Shown piece after piece: positions 37,372 to 47,927 of a DNA stretch of 64,000 nt (position 1 is its first letter; each line of letters starts with the position of its first letter). The stretch lies in the sequence record DRR723986_1737; one strand, written 5' to 3'. The notes beneath the pieces are model-generated. The model did no database searches, was not told where the DNA came from, and saw only the letters and a program-made list of their open reading frames with translations. A program made the translations under genes and the position numbers.

Positions 37372-39048
37372 ATGTATTACCAGTACTTTGGCCTGCACGA
37401 GGCGCCTTTCTCGATCGCGGTCAATCCACGCTACCTGTTCATGAGTCCCCGCCACCGGGATGCGCTCGCGCACCTGCTGTATGGCGTGGGAGCCGGTGGC
37501 GGGTTCATCCTGCTGACCGGCGAGGTCGGCACCGGTAAGACCACCATCAATCGCTGCCTGCTGGAGCAACTGCCGGACCACACGGATATCGCGATAATTC
37601 TCAATCCGGCGCTCAGTGCCGCCGAGCTGCTGGCCAGCGCCTGTGACGAGCTTGGCATCGACTACGGTGAAGGCAGCCATAGCCTGAAAACGCTCACCGA
37701 CCGCCTGCATGGCTTTCTGCTGGATAACCATGCCCGCGGTCGCAGCACGGTACTGCTGATCGACGAGGCCCAGCATCTGGACTTTGATGTGCTGGAGCAG
37801 ATCCGGCTGTTGACCAACCTGGAAACCAACAGCGAGAAGCTGCTGCAGATTATCCTGATCGGCCAGCCGGAGCTGGCCCAGATCCTGGCCCGACCCGAAC
37901 TGCGCCAGTTGAACCAGCGAATCACCGCGCGCTACAACCTTGAGCCACTGAACCTGGAAGAGACCGCCGCCTATATCCGCCACCGGCTGGAAGTCGCCGG
38001 CCTGGCGCCGGGTCGCGAACTGTTTCCGTCGTCGGTGGTCCGCGGTATCCATCATAAAACCCGTGGCATCCCGCGGCTGATCAATCTGCTGTGTGACCGC
38101 ATGCTGCTGGGTGCCTACGGCAAGGGCGCAGCGCGGGCTGACAAGGGTATGCTGCAGGCGGCTGCCCGTGAGGTCATGGGTGATACAGGCGAGACTTCGA
38201 AGCGGTTGCCACTGCTGGTCGGTAGCGCGCTGGCCCTGGCTCTGATGGTTATTAGCGGCTTTCTGGCCTGGGAGTACTTGCGGCCCCGTGACACCGATCC
38301 GGGCGTGAAGGCCGCTGAGCCGGTGGCGGTAAGCGGGCCGTCCGCGGATCTGCCCGCGGTGCTGGAACCGCTGACTCCTAAGCCGGCGGTGGTGGAAGCC
38401 AGCGCACCGTCGGCACCGCAGCCCGCCAGCTGGTTGTTACCTCCCGAAGACGCCCTGGCCCTGCTCTGGTCGTTGAATTCGGACCAGCCCGCTCCGGCCG
38501 CGCCCTGCGCTGCCGATACTGCCGGCCCACTGCGCTGCTCGCAGGCAAGTGCTGAGACCTGGGATGAACTGCTGGGGCTGGACCGGCCAGTGCTGCTGGA
38601 CCTGGTGACCGAGCAGCGCTTCGCCGCGGCCGCTGTTTTACTGGGTATCGAAGGTCGCCGCGCCTGGCTCGCTGGGGAGCAGGGTGTCGTGCAGGTGGAA
38701 CTGGCCGAGCTGGGGCCGTCCTGGCGCGGCGCTTACCGCTATCTCTGGCACCCTCCCGAAGGTTTCAGCCGGCCGCTGGCCCTGGGTGATACGTCACCCG
38801 TGGTAAGCGAAGTAGCCGGACTGTTCGCCCGCCTGGATGGCCAGCCCAGCGCCCTGGCCCGGGAACGCTTCAACCAGCCACTGCAAACCCGGGTTCGCCT
38901 GTTCCAGCAGGGCAGCGGACTTGAACCCGATGGCGTGGTGGGCGAACAGACCTTGCTCAAGCTCAATGAGAGCCTGGGAATCGACACCACGGCGACTATC
39001 GCCCGCTCCCGGCTGTTGGCTGCGGGTGAGGCCTCGGCAGCGCAATGA
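37372..39048 (+). CDS. exeA: ExeA/GspA family ATPase with peptidoglycan-binding domain
   Basis: MYYQYFGL..APF, GEVGTGKT, IDEAQ, GQPEL, GIPRLIN, TM, FQ...GL.PDGVVGEQT. Confidence 0.92.
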   Translation: MYYQYFGLHEAPFSIAVNPRYLFMSPRHRDALAHLLYGVGAGGGFILLTGEVGTGKTTINRCLLEQLPDHTDIAIILNPALSAAELLASACDELGIDYGEGSHSLKTLTDRLHGFLLDNHARGRSTVLLIDEAQHLDFDVLEQIRLLTNLETNSEKLLQIILIGQPELAQILARPELRQLNQRITARYNLEPLNLEETAAYIRHRLEVAGLAPGRELFPSSVVRGIHHKTRGIPRLINLLCDRMLLGAYGKGAARADKGMLQAAAREVMGDTGETSKRLPLLVGSALALALMVISGFLAWEYLRPRDTDPGVKAAEPVAVSGPSADLPAVLEPLTPKPAVVEASAPSAPQPASWLLPPEDALALLWSLNSDQPAPAAPCAADTAGPLRCSQASAETWDELLGLDRPVLLDLVTEQRFAAAAVLLGIEGRRAWLAGEQGVVQVELAELGPSWRGAYRYLWHPPEGFSRPLALGDTSPVVSEVAGLFARLDGQPSALARERFNQPLQTRVRLFQQGSGLEPDGVVGEQTLLKLNESLGIDTTATIARSRLLAAGEASAAQ

Positions 39049-39079
39049 ACCCGAGTCGACCAGCTTTGCGGAGAAACCC

Positions 39080-39931
39080 GTGTCACTGATCCTGGATGCC
39101 CTGAATCGCTCGGAACGGGAGCGGCGCCTCGATGGCGATGTTCCCGGTATCGCCACCGAGCACTACGTCAGCCCGGTCCCCGGCAGTCCCAGGCGCTTGC
39201 CCCTGGTATTGGGCCTGGCCCTGCTGGTTGCGGGACTGCTGATCGGCTGGCTGTTGCTGGACCGCTTCCAGGCGCCGGCACCCGTGGCGGAACCGCCTCG
39301 CGCCGAGCTACCGGCGCAAGAGGCAAGTCCCGCCGCTGAGCAGGTGCCGGCCCCCGCAGCAGCGAAACCTGAAACTGCTTCAGGGGAGGCGAGCGAAGCA
39401 CGGCCACGGCCGGTGCCGGTGGCGACACCGGCCGAGCAGCCGGTCCTTGATGCGTCGCCGCTTGCCCCTGATGCGGTAGCGAGCCTCTATGCCAGCACTG
39501 AAGCTGGCCCCGAACCGGTCAATCCGCCGTCGCCGGAGGCGCAAGCTGTTACGAAGCCGCAGGCGGAGCGCGTGCCGGTCGAAGCCGCTGCGCCGGCTGC
39601 TGTGGCCGAAGAGCCAGTCGACATCCAGGCCCTGGTTGCCCGGGCGGAAGACGAGGTCAATAACGCGCGGCTGGCGGAACACCCGGCCCCGTTTCTGGCG
39701 GCGCTGTCGCAGCAGAAAAAGGACCAGATTCCCTCGCTAATGTACAGCCGCCACGATTATGCCGGTGAGCGGGGCCAGTCCAGTGTGGTGATCAACGGCA
39801 AGCAGCTGCGTGCCGGTGGGTCGCTGGGGGGTGGTGTCAGCGTCAAGGAAATCCTTCCGGATTCGGTGGTGCTGAGTCACCAGGGTACGGAGTTTCGCTT
39901 GCGAGCACTGAACAGCTGGGTCAATCTTTAG
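39080..39931 (+). CDS. exeB: ExeB/GspB general secretion pathway protein
   Basis: GTG-SLILDALNRSERER, TM, Pro/Ala linker, C-terminal VINGKQL...EILPDSVVL. Confidence 0.88.
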   Translation: MSLILDALNRSERERRLDGDVPGIATEHYVSPVPGSPRRLPLVLGLALLVAGLLIGWLLLDRFQAPAPVAEPPRAELPAQEASPAAEQVPAPAAAKPETASGEASEARPRPVPVATPAEQPVLDASPLAPDAVASLYASTEAGPEPVNPPSPEAQAVTKPQAERVPVEAAAPAAVAEEPVDIQALVARAEDEVNNARLAEHPAPFLAALSQQKKDQIPSLMYSRHDYAGERGQSSVVINGKQLRAGGSLGGGVSVKEILPDSVVLSHQGTEFRLRALNSWVNL

Positions 39932-39999
39932 GGAGCGCAGTGCGCCCGCGCTTAAAGTGCGACGCCGCTGATATCCTGTCGACAACAGGGAGACAATCA

Positions 40000-41022
40000 A
40001 TGCACGTTTTTGTTACCGGAGCCACGGGGTTCATCGGTTACCACACGGTCCGGGCCTTGCTCGCCGCCGGGCATACGGTGCGCCTCGGAGTGCGCAATAC
40101 CCGCAAGATGGCCGCGCTGTACGAGCCGCTGGGTATCGATACCTCGGACCATGCGGTGGGGGAGATTACTGACCAGGACGCCATCAACCGCGCCCTGGAC
40201 GGCTGCGACGGCGTGGTGCATACCGCGGCTATGGTCAGCCTGGACGCGAACAAGGCCGACCTGATCTACGAGACCAATGTGAACGGGACCCGCTTCGTGA
40301 TCGGCGGTGCGGTTGAGCGTGGCATGAAATCGATTGTGCATGTATCGAGTGTTACCGCCCTCTACGACCCGACGGTGGATGCACTGGTTGAAACCCTGCC
40401 GCCGGCGCCCCAGAAAACGGCCTATGGCCGCTCCAAGGCGGCTGCGGAGCAGTATGTGCGCTCACTGATCAGCGACGGGGCTTCCGTGGCGATTACCTAT
40501 CCGGCCACTGTGCTTGGTCCGGATGATCCCGCGATGAGCGAGGGCAGCCAGGGCCTGGCGATTTTCTTCAATCAGGCCTTCATCCGGACCTCTACCGGGA
40601 TGCAGATCATCGATGTACGAGATCTTGCGGATATTCAGGTGGCACTGCTCGAACAGCACAAAAGCGGCCCGTATATTGTCGCCGGGCACTACCGCAGCTG
40701 GGAAGAACTGGGCCTGACCCTGGACCGGGTGACCGGCCGTCGCCTGCGCAAGGTCAAAGCCCCCGGCTGGCTGTTGCGACAGCTCGGCTCAGTGGTCGAC
40801 CTGGCGGGCAGCGTGGTGCCGATCGAAACGCCTGCCACCGGGGAGGGGGTCAAGTACGCCACCCGCTGGGTATTCGCGGATGATCGCAAGGTGCGCAGTG
40901 AGTTGGACTTTCGCTATCGCCCGCTGGAGGAAACCCTGTCCGACACTATCAGCTGGCTGGCCGGTGCCGGCCAGATCAAGGCCCACTGGGCGAAGAAGAT
41001 CGATCAGTCCAGCAACAAGTAG
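40000..41022 (+). CDS. NAD-dependent epimerase/dehydratase (extended SDR)
   Basis: VTGATGFIG, YGRSK. Confidence 0.92.
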   Translation: MHVFVTGATGFIGYHTVRALLAAGHTVRLGVRNTRKMAALYEPLGIDTSDHAVGEITDQDAINRALDGCDGVVHTAAMVSLDANKADLIYETNVNGTRFVIGGAVERGMKSIVHVSSVTALYDPTVDALVETLPPAPQKTAYGRSKAAAEQYVRSLISDGASVAITYPATVLGPDDPAMSEGSQGLAIFFNQAFIRTSTGMQIIDVRDLADIQVALLEQHKSGPYIVAGHYRSWEELGLTLDRVTGRRLRKVKAPGWLLRQLGSVVDLAGSVVPIETPATGEGVKYATRWVFADDRKVRSELDFRYRPLEETLSDTISWLAGAGQIKAHWAKKIDQSSNK

Positions 41023-42407
41023 TCCCGCATGATGGTGAACAACTCCGGCTGGCGCAGGTACGGTGGCACCCGGCCCTGTGCCTCTGCGTTGGCGTATAGC
41101 GGCACATTCGCGCCCGTGTGTTCCTCCATGACGAAGTTGCTGGTGGCGTAGTTCACGGTCATGTGCGCACCTTCAGGGGTGCGGATCCGGGCGATCTTGC
41201 CGGGGCTGTAAACCGGGATCGGGTATTTGGCGAACAGGCTCTCGAAGGGCACCATCTGCGCCGCCTGGGAGTGATCTGCGGTGACCAGCACCAGGGTGTT
41301 GGGCTTGTCCCGGGCGAAGGCCAGGGCGCTGGCCAGCGCTTCTTCCAGCTGCTCGAGTTCGCCGATGGAGCCGCAGGGCTTGCGCTCGTGGCTCTGCTTG
41401 TCGATGGATGCCGACTCGATCATCAGGAAGAAACCGCGGGTGTTGTCCTGGCCAAGGTTGCGCAGTGCGATATCCGTCATCTGCTTGAGCGTTGGCATGC
41501 CCGCTGATTCGGGTTCGGCCTCGCAGGTCATTACCGGTGGCAGGGTGACATCACCAAGGTAGGGATGCACGTTGTTCAGCAGGCTGGGCTCTGGCGCTTC
41601 CGCCTCGCGGCCGTCCTGGCCCCGCAGGCGCACGGGCATGGTGCTCGGTGAAAACAGGCCGAGTAACCGGGCCTGCGGATCACTCTTGCTGAGTTCTTCA
41701 CTGCTACGCAGGACCTGGAAGCCGGAGTCCTCGGCCAGGGCGAAAACGCTGCTGGTTCCGCCCTCGACCGTTGGTTCGAAATGCTTGCTGCCGCCGCCCA
41801 GCAGCACGTCGAGACCCGAGACGGCGAGCTGCTCGGCAATCGATCCCAGGCCGCCGTTGGCCTTCAGGTCCTGGGAGCAATCCCCCAGCACGATATCGCG
41901 GTAACTTACCTGCACCATGGCCTGCGGATTCTCGCAGAATCGCGCATTGATGTGCGCAGCGAAAGCGGCGGGGGTCGCGTCGGTGACGCTGGACGTGGTG
42001 ACCAGGCCAGTGCGGTAGCCGGCCTGTTCGGCCAGCTCTACCAGGGTGGTGATATCCCGGTCATCACCGGCGGAGGTGGCGATCCTGCCGCGGCTGGTGA
42101 TTGCTCCGGTGGCCAGGCTGGTCGCCGTATTCGCCGAGTCCGCAACGTAGACGGGCCGTTGCTCTAGGCTGTCATCACTGGTCAGGATCTGTACTGCCGA
42201 GCGCACCGGCAGTTGGTCGAGCAGCAGTTCACCGCTGGCTCCCTTGAGATAGTTGCGGGCAATGGTGACCTGCTGGTCATCCATGCCATCGCCGATGATC
42301 AGGATTACCTGGCGCGGCGGTTCCAGCGCGGGTGGGGCGGTTTCCCCGAGGGCGCCACTGGCGACGCAAGCGAACAGGCTTAAGCTGATTAATTTGTGGG
42401 CAATCAT
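41004..42407 (-). CDS. phoA: Alkaline phosphatase (PhoA family)
   Basis: Signal peptide, IGDGM, ADSA catalytic Ser, DATPAAF, IDKQSH, TADH, HTG. Confidence 0.9.
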   Translation of the reverse strand: MIAHKLISLSLFACVASGALGETAPPALEPPRQVILIIGDGMDDQQVTIARNYLKGASGELLLDQLPVRSAVQILTSDDSLEQRPVYVADSANTATSLATGAITSRGRIATSAGDDRDITTLVELAEQAGYRTGLVTTSSVTDATPAAFAAHINARFCENPQAMVQVSYRDIVLGDCSQDLKANGGLGSIAEQLAVSGLDVLLGGGSKHFEPTVEGGTSSVFALAEDSGFQVLRSSEELSKSDPQARLLGLFSPSTMPVRLRGQDGREAEAPEPSLLNNVHPYLGDVTLPPVMTCEAEPESAGMPTLKQMTDIALRNLGQDNTRGFFLMIESASIDKQSHERKPCGSIGELEQLEEALASALAFARDKPNTLVLVTADHSQAAQMVPFESLFAKYPIPVYSPGKIARIRTPEGAHMTVNYATSNFVMEEHTGANVPLYANAEAQGRVPPYLRQPELFTIMRDYLLLD

Positions 42408-42676
42408 GGTCGTACCGCTGGTTGTCGAGCCGCTATTGAACACGATTAGCACAGGACATTCATCCCCATCGGCTCAATTCCCTGTGCCAGCGCGGCTGAT
42501 GGGCTTGTCGGTCCCGTCCCGGCTCACCGGCACGGCTTAAACTCGGGGAGAAACTGTGGCAGGATGCCCCATGCGTGCCGGGGCGCTATACCGCTCCCGG
42601 AGGGATGATCTGCCGGGATTCAGCCGGCCCGGCTACGCAAGACAGAATAACAACCGAACCACACAGGATAGCTCCC

Positions 42677-43981
42677 ATGAAAAGCCCTCTGCACCTTGCC
42701 GTGCTTGTTCTCGCCATGGTCTTGCCCGTTACGGCAATGGCCGATGAAATCAATGGTGCCGATACCGCCTGGATCCTGACCGCTACGGCTCTGGTGCTGT
42801 TCATGACCATACCGGGTCTGTCGCTGTTCTATGCCGGCCTGGTTCGGGTGAAGAATGTGCTGTCGGTGTTGATGCAGTGTTTCGCCCTGACCTGCCTGAT
42901 GTCGCTGGTCTGGTTCGTGGTCGGCTATACGATTGCCTTTGGCAGCGATGGGGTGGAGCAGGGCCCGTGGATCGGTGACTTCGGAAACGTCCTGTTTGCC
43001 GCGATCAGCATGGACTCGGTTAATGGCACCGTGCCCGCCAGCCTGTTCGCCATCTTCCAGATGACATTTGCCATCATCACCCCGGCTCTGATTGTCGGGG
43101 GCTTCGCCGAACGGATGCGCTTCTCCGCCATGCTGTTGTTCAGCACGATCTGGATGATCGTTGTGTACGCGCCGGTGTGCCACTGGGTGTGGGGTGGCGG
43201 TTGGCTGGGTACCATGGGTCTGCAGGATTTCGCCGGCGGCACCGTGGTTCATATCACGGCAGCCGTAGCGGCTCTGGTGGCCGCCATGGTGATGGGCCCG
43301 CGGCGTGGCTTCGGTACGGTTGCAATGCCACCCCATAACCTGACCCTGACAGTTACCGGTGCCGGTATGCTGTGGGTTGGCTGGTTTGGCTTTAATGCCG
43401 GGTCGGCGGTGGCTGCCGACGGCAGCGCCGCGATGGCGATGCTGGTCACCCACCTGTCCGCTGCCTGCGGCGCGCTGGCCTGGATGGCTATGGAATGGGT
43501 ACGCCACGGCAAGCCCTCAGTGCTGGGCATCGTGACCGGCATGGTTGCCGGTCTGGGAACAATCACTCCCGCCTCTGGCTCTGTCGGTCCTGCGGCGGCT
43601 GTGGTGATTGGCCTGAGTGCCGGGGTTGTGTGTTACTTCGCTACCAATTACCTCAAGCAGAAGCTGCGTATCGACGACAGCCTCGACGTGTTCCCGGTGC
43701 ACGGGGTTGGGGGCATCCTGGGTACCTTGCTCGCCGGCGTGTTCTGTTCCACGCAACTCGGTATATTCAGCGGCAATGGTTTCTCCGATGGTATCGACAG
43801 CATCGCCGGACAACTGAGCGTGCAGGCAACCGGGGTCGCAGCCACCCTGGTCTACACGGCCATTGTCAGCTATGTCATCCTCAAGCTGGTAGACAAGCTT
43901 GTCGGCCTCCGGGTCGGTGAGGAAGAAGAGACCCAGGGCCTGGATCTCGTGCTGCACGACGAGCGGGGTTACGACCTGTAG
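42677..43981 (+). CDS. amtB: Ammonium transporter
   Basis: FQMTFAIIT, DFAGGTVVH, WFGFNAGS, DDSLDVFPVHG. Confidence 0.96.
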   Translation: MKSPLHLAVLVLAMVLPVTAMADEINGADTAWILTATALVLFMTIPGLSLFYAGLVRVKNVLSVLMQCFALTCLMSLVWFVVGYTIAFGSDGVEQGPWIGDFGNVLFAAISMDSVNGTVPASLFAIFQMTFAIITPALIVGGFAERMRFSAMLLFSTIWMIVVYAPVCHWVWGGGWLGTMGLQDFAGGTVVHITAAVAALVAAMVMGPRRGFGTVAMPPHNLTLTVTGAGMLWVGWFGFNAGSAVAADGSAAMAMLVTHLSAACGALAWMAMEWVRHGKPSVLGIVTGMVAGLGTITPASGSVGPAAAVVIGLSAGVVCYFATNYLKQKLRIDDSLDVFPVHGVGGILGTLLAGVFCSTQLGIFSGNGFSDGIDSIAGQLSVQATGVAATLVYTAIVSYVILKLVDKLVGLRVGEEEETQGLDLVLHDERGYDL

Positions 43982-44027
43982 TCCGCCGCGCTAACCGGAC
44001 TGGATCATCGCCTGCGAGAGAGCACCT

Positions 44028-45002
44028 ATGGACTGGACTCACCACTACGCTGACATCAACGGCATCCGCATGCACTACGTGGAGCAGGGCGACGGCATGC
44101 CGGTCGTCCTGTGTCACGGCTTTCCGCATATCTGGTTCAGTTGGCACCGCCAGATAACAGCCCTGGCCGCTGCGGGTTACCGGGTGATCGTTCCCGACAT
44201 GCGCGGCATGGGACAGACTGAGGCACCCGAGGCCCTGGAGGCCTATGATGTCGATCACATCACTGCTGACCTGAAAGGGTTGCTGCACCACGCCGGTGTC
44301 GACCGTGCGGTGTTTGCCGGTCTCGATTTCGGCGCCTTCGCTATCCAGGACTTTGCCTTACGGCATCCCGATGCCGTTATCGCCCTGATTGTCCTTGAGA
44401 ATCCCACGGCACCGCATAATCCCGATGTGCCGCCGCTGACTGAATACCGTGCAATGGGCGAACAACACTTCCTGCACATCGAGTATTTCCGCGAGCCGCC
44501 CCGCGCCGACCGGGAACTCGCAGCCCGGCCGCGGCTTTTCTTGCAGAAAGTTTTTTACACGCTCAGCGGCGCCTGCAACTACTTCGATGTGTTCAAGTAC
44601 CCGCCGGGGACGGCCTATATCGACGCGATGATCGACCCGCCGCCATTGCCCTGGCCCTGGTTGTCTGAGCTGGAGCTGGAATTCTTCGTCAACGAGTACA
44701 GTCGCACCGGTTTCACGGGTGGACTCAACTGGTATCGCTCGATGGATCTCAAGTGGGCGCAGCGCAAACCCTTTGAAGGGGTGCAGAGCCAGGTGCCGGC
44801 TTATTTCCTGGGCAGTGAGCACGATGTCGACCTGGAGGGCTTCCACGGCGATGACCCCATAGGCCAGATGCGGGCCATCTTCCCGCAGCTACGCGAGGTG
44901 CGGATGATCCCCGGTGCCGGGCATATGGTGCAGTTGGAGGCGTCGGAGCAGGTCAATGCCATCATGCTGGACTACCTTGCGGACATCACAGCCCGTGCTT
45001 AG
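44028..45002 (+). CDS. Epoxide hydrolase-like alpha/beta-hydrolase
   Basis: HGFP, PDMRG.G, GLDFG nucleophile Asp, LNWYR, GAGH. Confidence 0.88.
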   Translation: MDWTHHYADINGIRMHYVEQGDGMPVVLCHGFPHIWFSWHRQITALAAAGYRVIVPDMRGMGQTEAPEALEAYDVDHITADLKGLLHHAGVDRAVFAGLDFGAFAIQDFALRHPDAVIALIVLENPTAPHNPDVPPLTEYRAMGEQHFLHIEYFREPPRADRELAARPRLFLQKVFYTLSGACNYFDVFKYPPGTAYIDAMIDPPPLPWPWLSELELEFFVNEYSRTGFTGGLNWYRSMDLKWAQRKPFEGVQSQVPAYFLGSEHDVDLEGFHGDDPIGQMRAIFPQLREVRMIPGAGHMVQLEASEQVNAIMLDYLADITARA

Positions 45003-45041
45003 CCGCCCGTTTATTTCCCATCAAAACAACTGGAGTCCAAC

Positions 45042-46322
45042 ATGCGCTACATTTTTGTAGTTCTGGCGGCGCTGATCGCAGTCGCTCCGGCCTTTGCGCA
45101 AACCACGATCATTCACGCGGGTACGCTGATCGACGGGGTCAGTGAATCACCGCGCAACGAGGTATCAATCATCATCGAGGGCGAGCGCATTGCCGGCCTC
45201 GAGCCTGGTTTTGTGGAACTTGAAGGTGCCGAACTGATTGATCTCAGCGACCACACGGTGCTTCCCGGCTTCATTGACATGCATGTACACCTCGCGCAGG
45301 AGCTCGATCCCCCGGGCAGCTTTTCCGAGCGCTACTACCTGAATTCTGCCGATCATGCATTGCGCGGCACGGTCTACGCCGAGCGCACCCTGGCGGCGGG
45401 CTTTACCACTGTGCGCGATCTTGGAACGCGCGAATTGCAGGCGCTGCTCGGCCTGCGTAATGCGATCAACAAGGGCTATGTGGTCGGCCCAAGAGTGTTT
45501 GCCGCCGGCACGTCGATAGCGACCACGGGTGGTCACGCGGACCCCACCAACGGCATCCGGCACGACCTGCGCGGTGATCCCGGTCCGGCCGACGGTGTGA
45601 TCAATGGCGTCGATGACGCCTACAAGGCGGTGCGCCAGCGCTACAAGGATGGCAGCGACGTGATCAAGCTGACGGTCACCGGCGGCGTGCTGTCGCTGGC
45701 TACCAGTGGCGATAACCCCCAGTTCACCGATGAGGAGCTGGCTGCCATCGTCGCGGCGGCCAAGGATTACAATTTCGCGGTGGCGGTCCATGCCCATGGC
45801 GCCGAGGGCATGAAGCGTGCGATTCGCGCCGGGGTGGATTCGGTCGAGCATGGTACTTACATGGACGCCGAGGCGATGAAGCTGATGAAGCGCAAGGGCA
45901 CCTGGTATGTGCCCACAATCTCAGCGGGTAAGTGGGTGGCGGAACTGTCGCAACAGGACGGCAAGCTGCCGGACGTGGTTCGGCCCAAGGCCGCAGCCGT
46001 GGGGCCGCAGATCCAGGAGACCTTCGCTGAAGCCTATCGCAGTGGGGTCAAGATCGCCTTTGGCACCGATGCCGGTGTGTCGCCTCATGGCGACAATGCA
46101 CGTGAATTCGTGTTCATGGTGGAGGCCGGCATGCCGCCCCTGGAAGCGATTCGCGCGGCGACCATCAATGCGGCAACCCTGTTACGTCGGCAGGACGACC
46201 TGGGCTCAGTGGAGCAGGGCAAGTACGCTGACATCGTCGCGGTGCAGGGCGACCCCCTCGCTGATATCAGTGTGTTGCAGCGGGTGGAATTCGTGATGAA
46301 GGGCGGCCGGGTTTATCGCTGA
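45042..46322 (+). CDS. Exported amidohydrolase (Xaa-Pro dipeptidase-like)
   Basis: Signal peptide, [26 protein letters not shown]. Confidence 0.92.
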   Translation: MRYIFVVLAALIAVAPAFAQTTIIHAGTLIDGVSESPRNEVSIIIEGERIAGLEPGFVELEGAELIDLSDHTVLPGFIDMHVHLAQELDPPGSFSERYYLNSADHALRGTVYAERTLAAGFTTVRDLGTRELQALLGLRNAINKGYVVGPRVFAAGTSIATTGGHADPTNGIRHDLRGDPGPADGVINGVDDAYKAVRQRYKDGSDVIKLTVTGGVLSLATSGDNPQFTDEELAAIVAAAKDYNFAVAVHAHGAEGMKRAIRAGVDSVEHGTYMDAEAMKLMKRKGTWYVPTISAGKWVAELSQQDGKLPDVVRPKAAAVGPQIQETFAEAYRSGVKIAFGTDAGVSPHGDNAREFVFMVEAGMPPLEAIRAATINAATLLRRQDDLGSVEQGKYADIVAVQGDPLADISVLQRVEFVMKGGRVYR

Positions 46323-46340
46323 GCCGCCATCCAGTTCGCC

Positions 46341-47849
46341 CTAACAGACTTTTAAGGTCATCCCCAGCTTTTTGAGCTGGGTCACCTCGTTGTCCAGCTC
46401 CCAATCGGTTAGCGGGTGTTTGCCCAGCCAGCCCTTGGGTAAATCCAGTATGAGCTTGTCGTCCCCGGCGATGATCGCGAAATCCGGCAGCTGCTCGAGT
46501 TGTTCTACGTACTTGAATACCGCTGCCAGGCGAACGATGGTGATCAGGCGCAGCATGCGCTGGCGATCCTGGCCGCTAAAATCCGCCAGTACATCCTCCT
46601 GGAGCTTGCCTCGGTGCGCGTTAACCAGAGCCGCGAGTTGTTCCTGTTCTTCCTGTGAGAAACCGGGAAGGTCGGAATTGCGCAGCAGATAGGCCGAGTG
46701 GCGGTTGTAATGCTTGTGTGAAATGGCCATGCCGATCTCATGGCTTAGCACCGCCCAGTGAATCAGGTCCCAGTCTGTTGCGGTTAACTGCCAGTCCGAA
46801 CGCGTCCCGTTGAACAGGAAGCCTGCCCTGCGGGCGACGATTATCGCCGTATCCTGGTCTGTTGAATAGCGTTGGGTCAGGGCGTTGATCGTGCGTTCAC
46901 GCACATCCTCGTGGGCGAGGCGACCCATCAGGTCGTAAATCACGCCTTCGCGTAATGCACCTTTGGAGGTCCGCATATGTTCGATGTCCAGTACATCGAA
47001 CAGCGCGCTGGTGATCGCGACGCCGGCAGCGATCACATTGCGCCGGTTGTCCGCCAGCCCGTTAAGCGCGATATCGTCAAAGCGCTCGAACTTCAGCAGT
47101 TCGCGGCGCAGCTTGTCCAAACCCTTGCGCTGGATGCCACCATCGCTCCAGCCGTTAGTGGTCAGAACTGTTTCTATGGCCTGTAAGGTCCCGGATGAGC
47201 CGACACACTCCTCCCAGTTTCGGGCGCGGAAGCGTTTGCGAATGTGGGTTACTTCCGTTCCTGCGCGCTTGTAGGCCAGTTTGAAGTTGTCCTTGGTCAG
47301 CAGGCCACCGGGGAAATAATCCTGGGAGTAGGAAACGCAGCCCATTTGCAGGCTTTCCAGCCGCTGGGGTTCGAAGCGTTCGCCGATAATGAATTCCGTA
47401 CTACCGCCGCCGATATCGATCACCAGGCGCGACTGGGCGTCGTCAGCCAGTGAGTGGGCGACCCCGAGATAGACCAGGCGTGCTTCCTCCCGGCCGTAGA
47501 TGACATCTACCGGTGCGCCGAGGATCTTGCGGGCGGGCTCGGTGAACTCCCGGCGATTCTTGGCCTGGCGCAGGGCGTTGGTACCCACCACGCGAATCTG
47601 TTCCGGTGAGATGCTGCTCAGCAGCTGGGCAAAGCGGGACAGGCACTCAAGCCCGCGATCAATCGCCTCCTGGGTCAGGCGGCGGTCCACCAGGCCTGCG
47701 CCCAGCTGGACTTTTTCGGCGAGTACTTCGATCGGGCGCATTTCGCCATGCTCGATACGCGCGATAATCAGGTGGAAGGAATTGCTGCCCAGGTCGAGCG
47801 CAGCGAGCTGGCTGCCCTCGGCCAGGGGTTCGACGTTGTCAGTCTCCAA
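46341..47849 (-). CDS. ppx: Exopolyphosphatase Ppx/GppA (start uncertain; ORF extends to 47912)
   Basis: LDLGSNSFH, GTNALR, EEARL, DIGGGSTE, ALREG, HD-like C-terminus. Confidence 0.93.
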   Translation of the reverse strand: METDNVEPLAEGSQLAALDLGSNSFHLIIARIEHGEMRPIEVLAEKVQLGAGLVDRRLTQEAIDRGLECLSRFAQLLSSISPEQIRVVGTNALRQAKNRREFTEPARKILGAPVDVIYGREEARLVYLGVAHSLADDAQSRLVIDIGGGSTEFIIGERFEPQRLESLQMGCVSYSQDYFPGGLLTKDNFKLAYKRAGTEVTHIRKRFRARNWEECVGSSGTLQAIETVLTTNGWSDGGIQRKGLDKLRRELLKFERFDDIALNGLADNRRNVIAAGVAITSALFDVLDIEHMRTSKGALREGVIYDLMGRLAHEDVRERTINALTQRYSTDQDTAIIVARRAGFLFNGTRSDWQLTATDWDLIHWAVLSHEIGMAISHKHYNRHSAYLLRNSDLPGFSQEEQEQLAALVNAHRGKLQEDVLADFSGQDRQRMLRLITIVRLAAVFKYVEQLEQLPDFAIIAGDDKLILDLPKGWLGKHPLTDWELDNEVTQLKKLGMTLKVC

Positions 47850-47927
47850 TTCGTATGCTGCCGCTGCTGCCCAGGGGTTCCCTATGGTACTGGATAGCGG
47901 TGCAGGGCGCACACCTGAAAGGTGGAT

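Noticed and set aside
37372-39931. exeAB without the rest of a type II secretion cluster
   Set aside because: Separate location of exeAB/gspAB is already known in Aeromonas and Vibrio; not unusual
41004-41022. 19-bp convergent overlap between the epimerase and phoA
   Set aside because: Short tail-to-tail overlaps are commonplace
42408-42676. Pho box for phoA or sigma54 promoter for amt
   Set aside because: GGCAC-like sequences lack a correctly spaced GC at -12; no tandem CTGTCAT repeats
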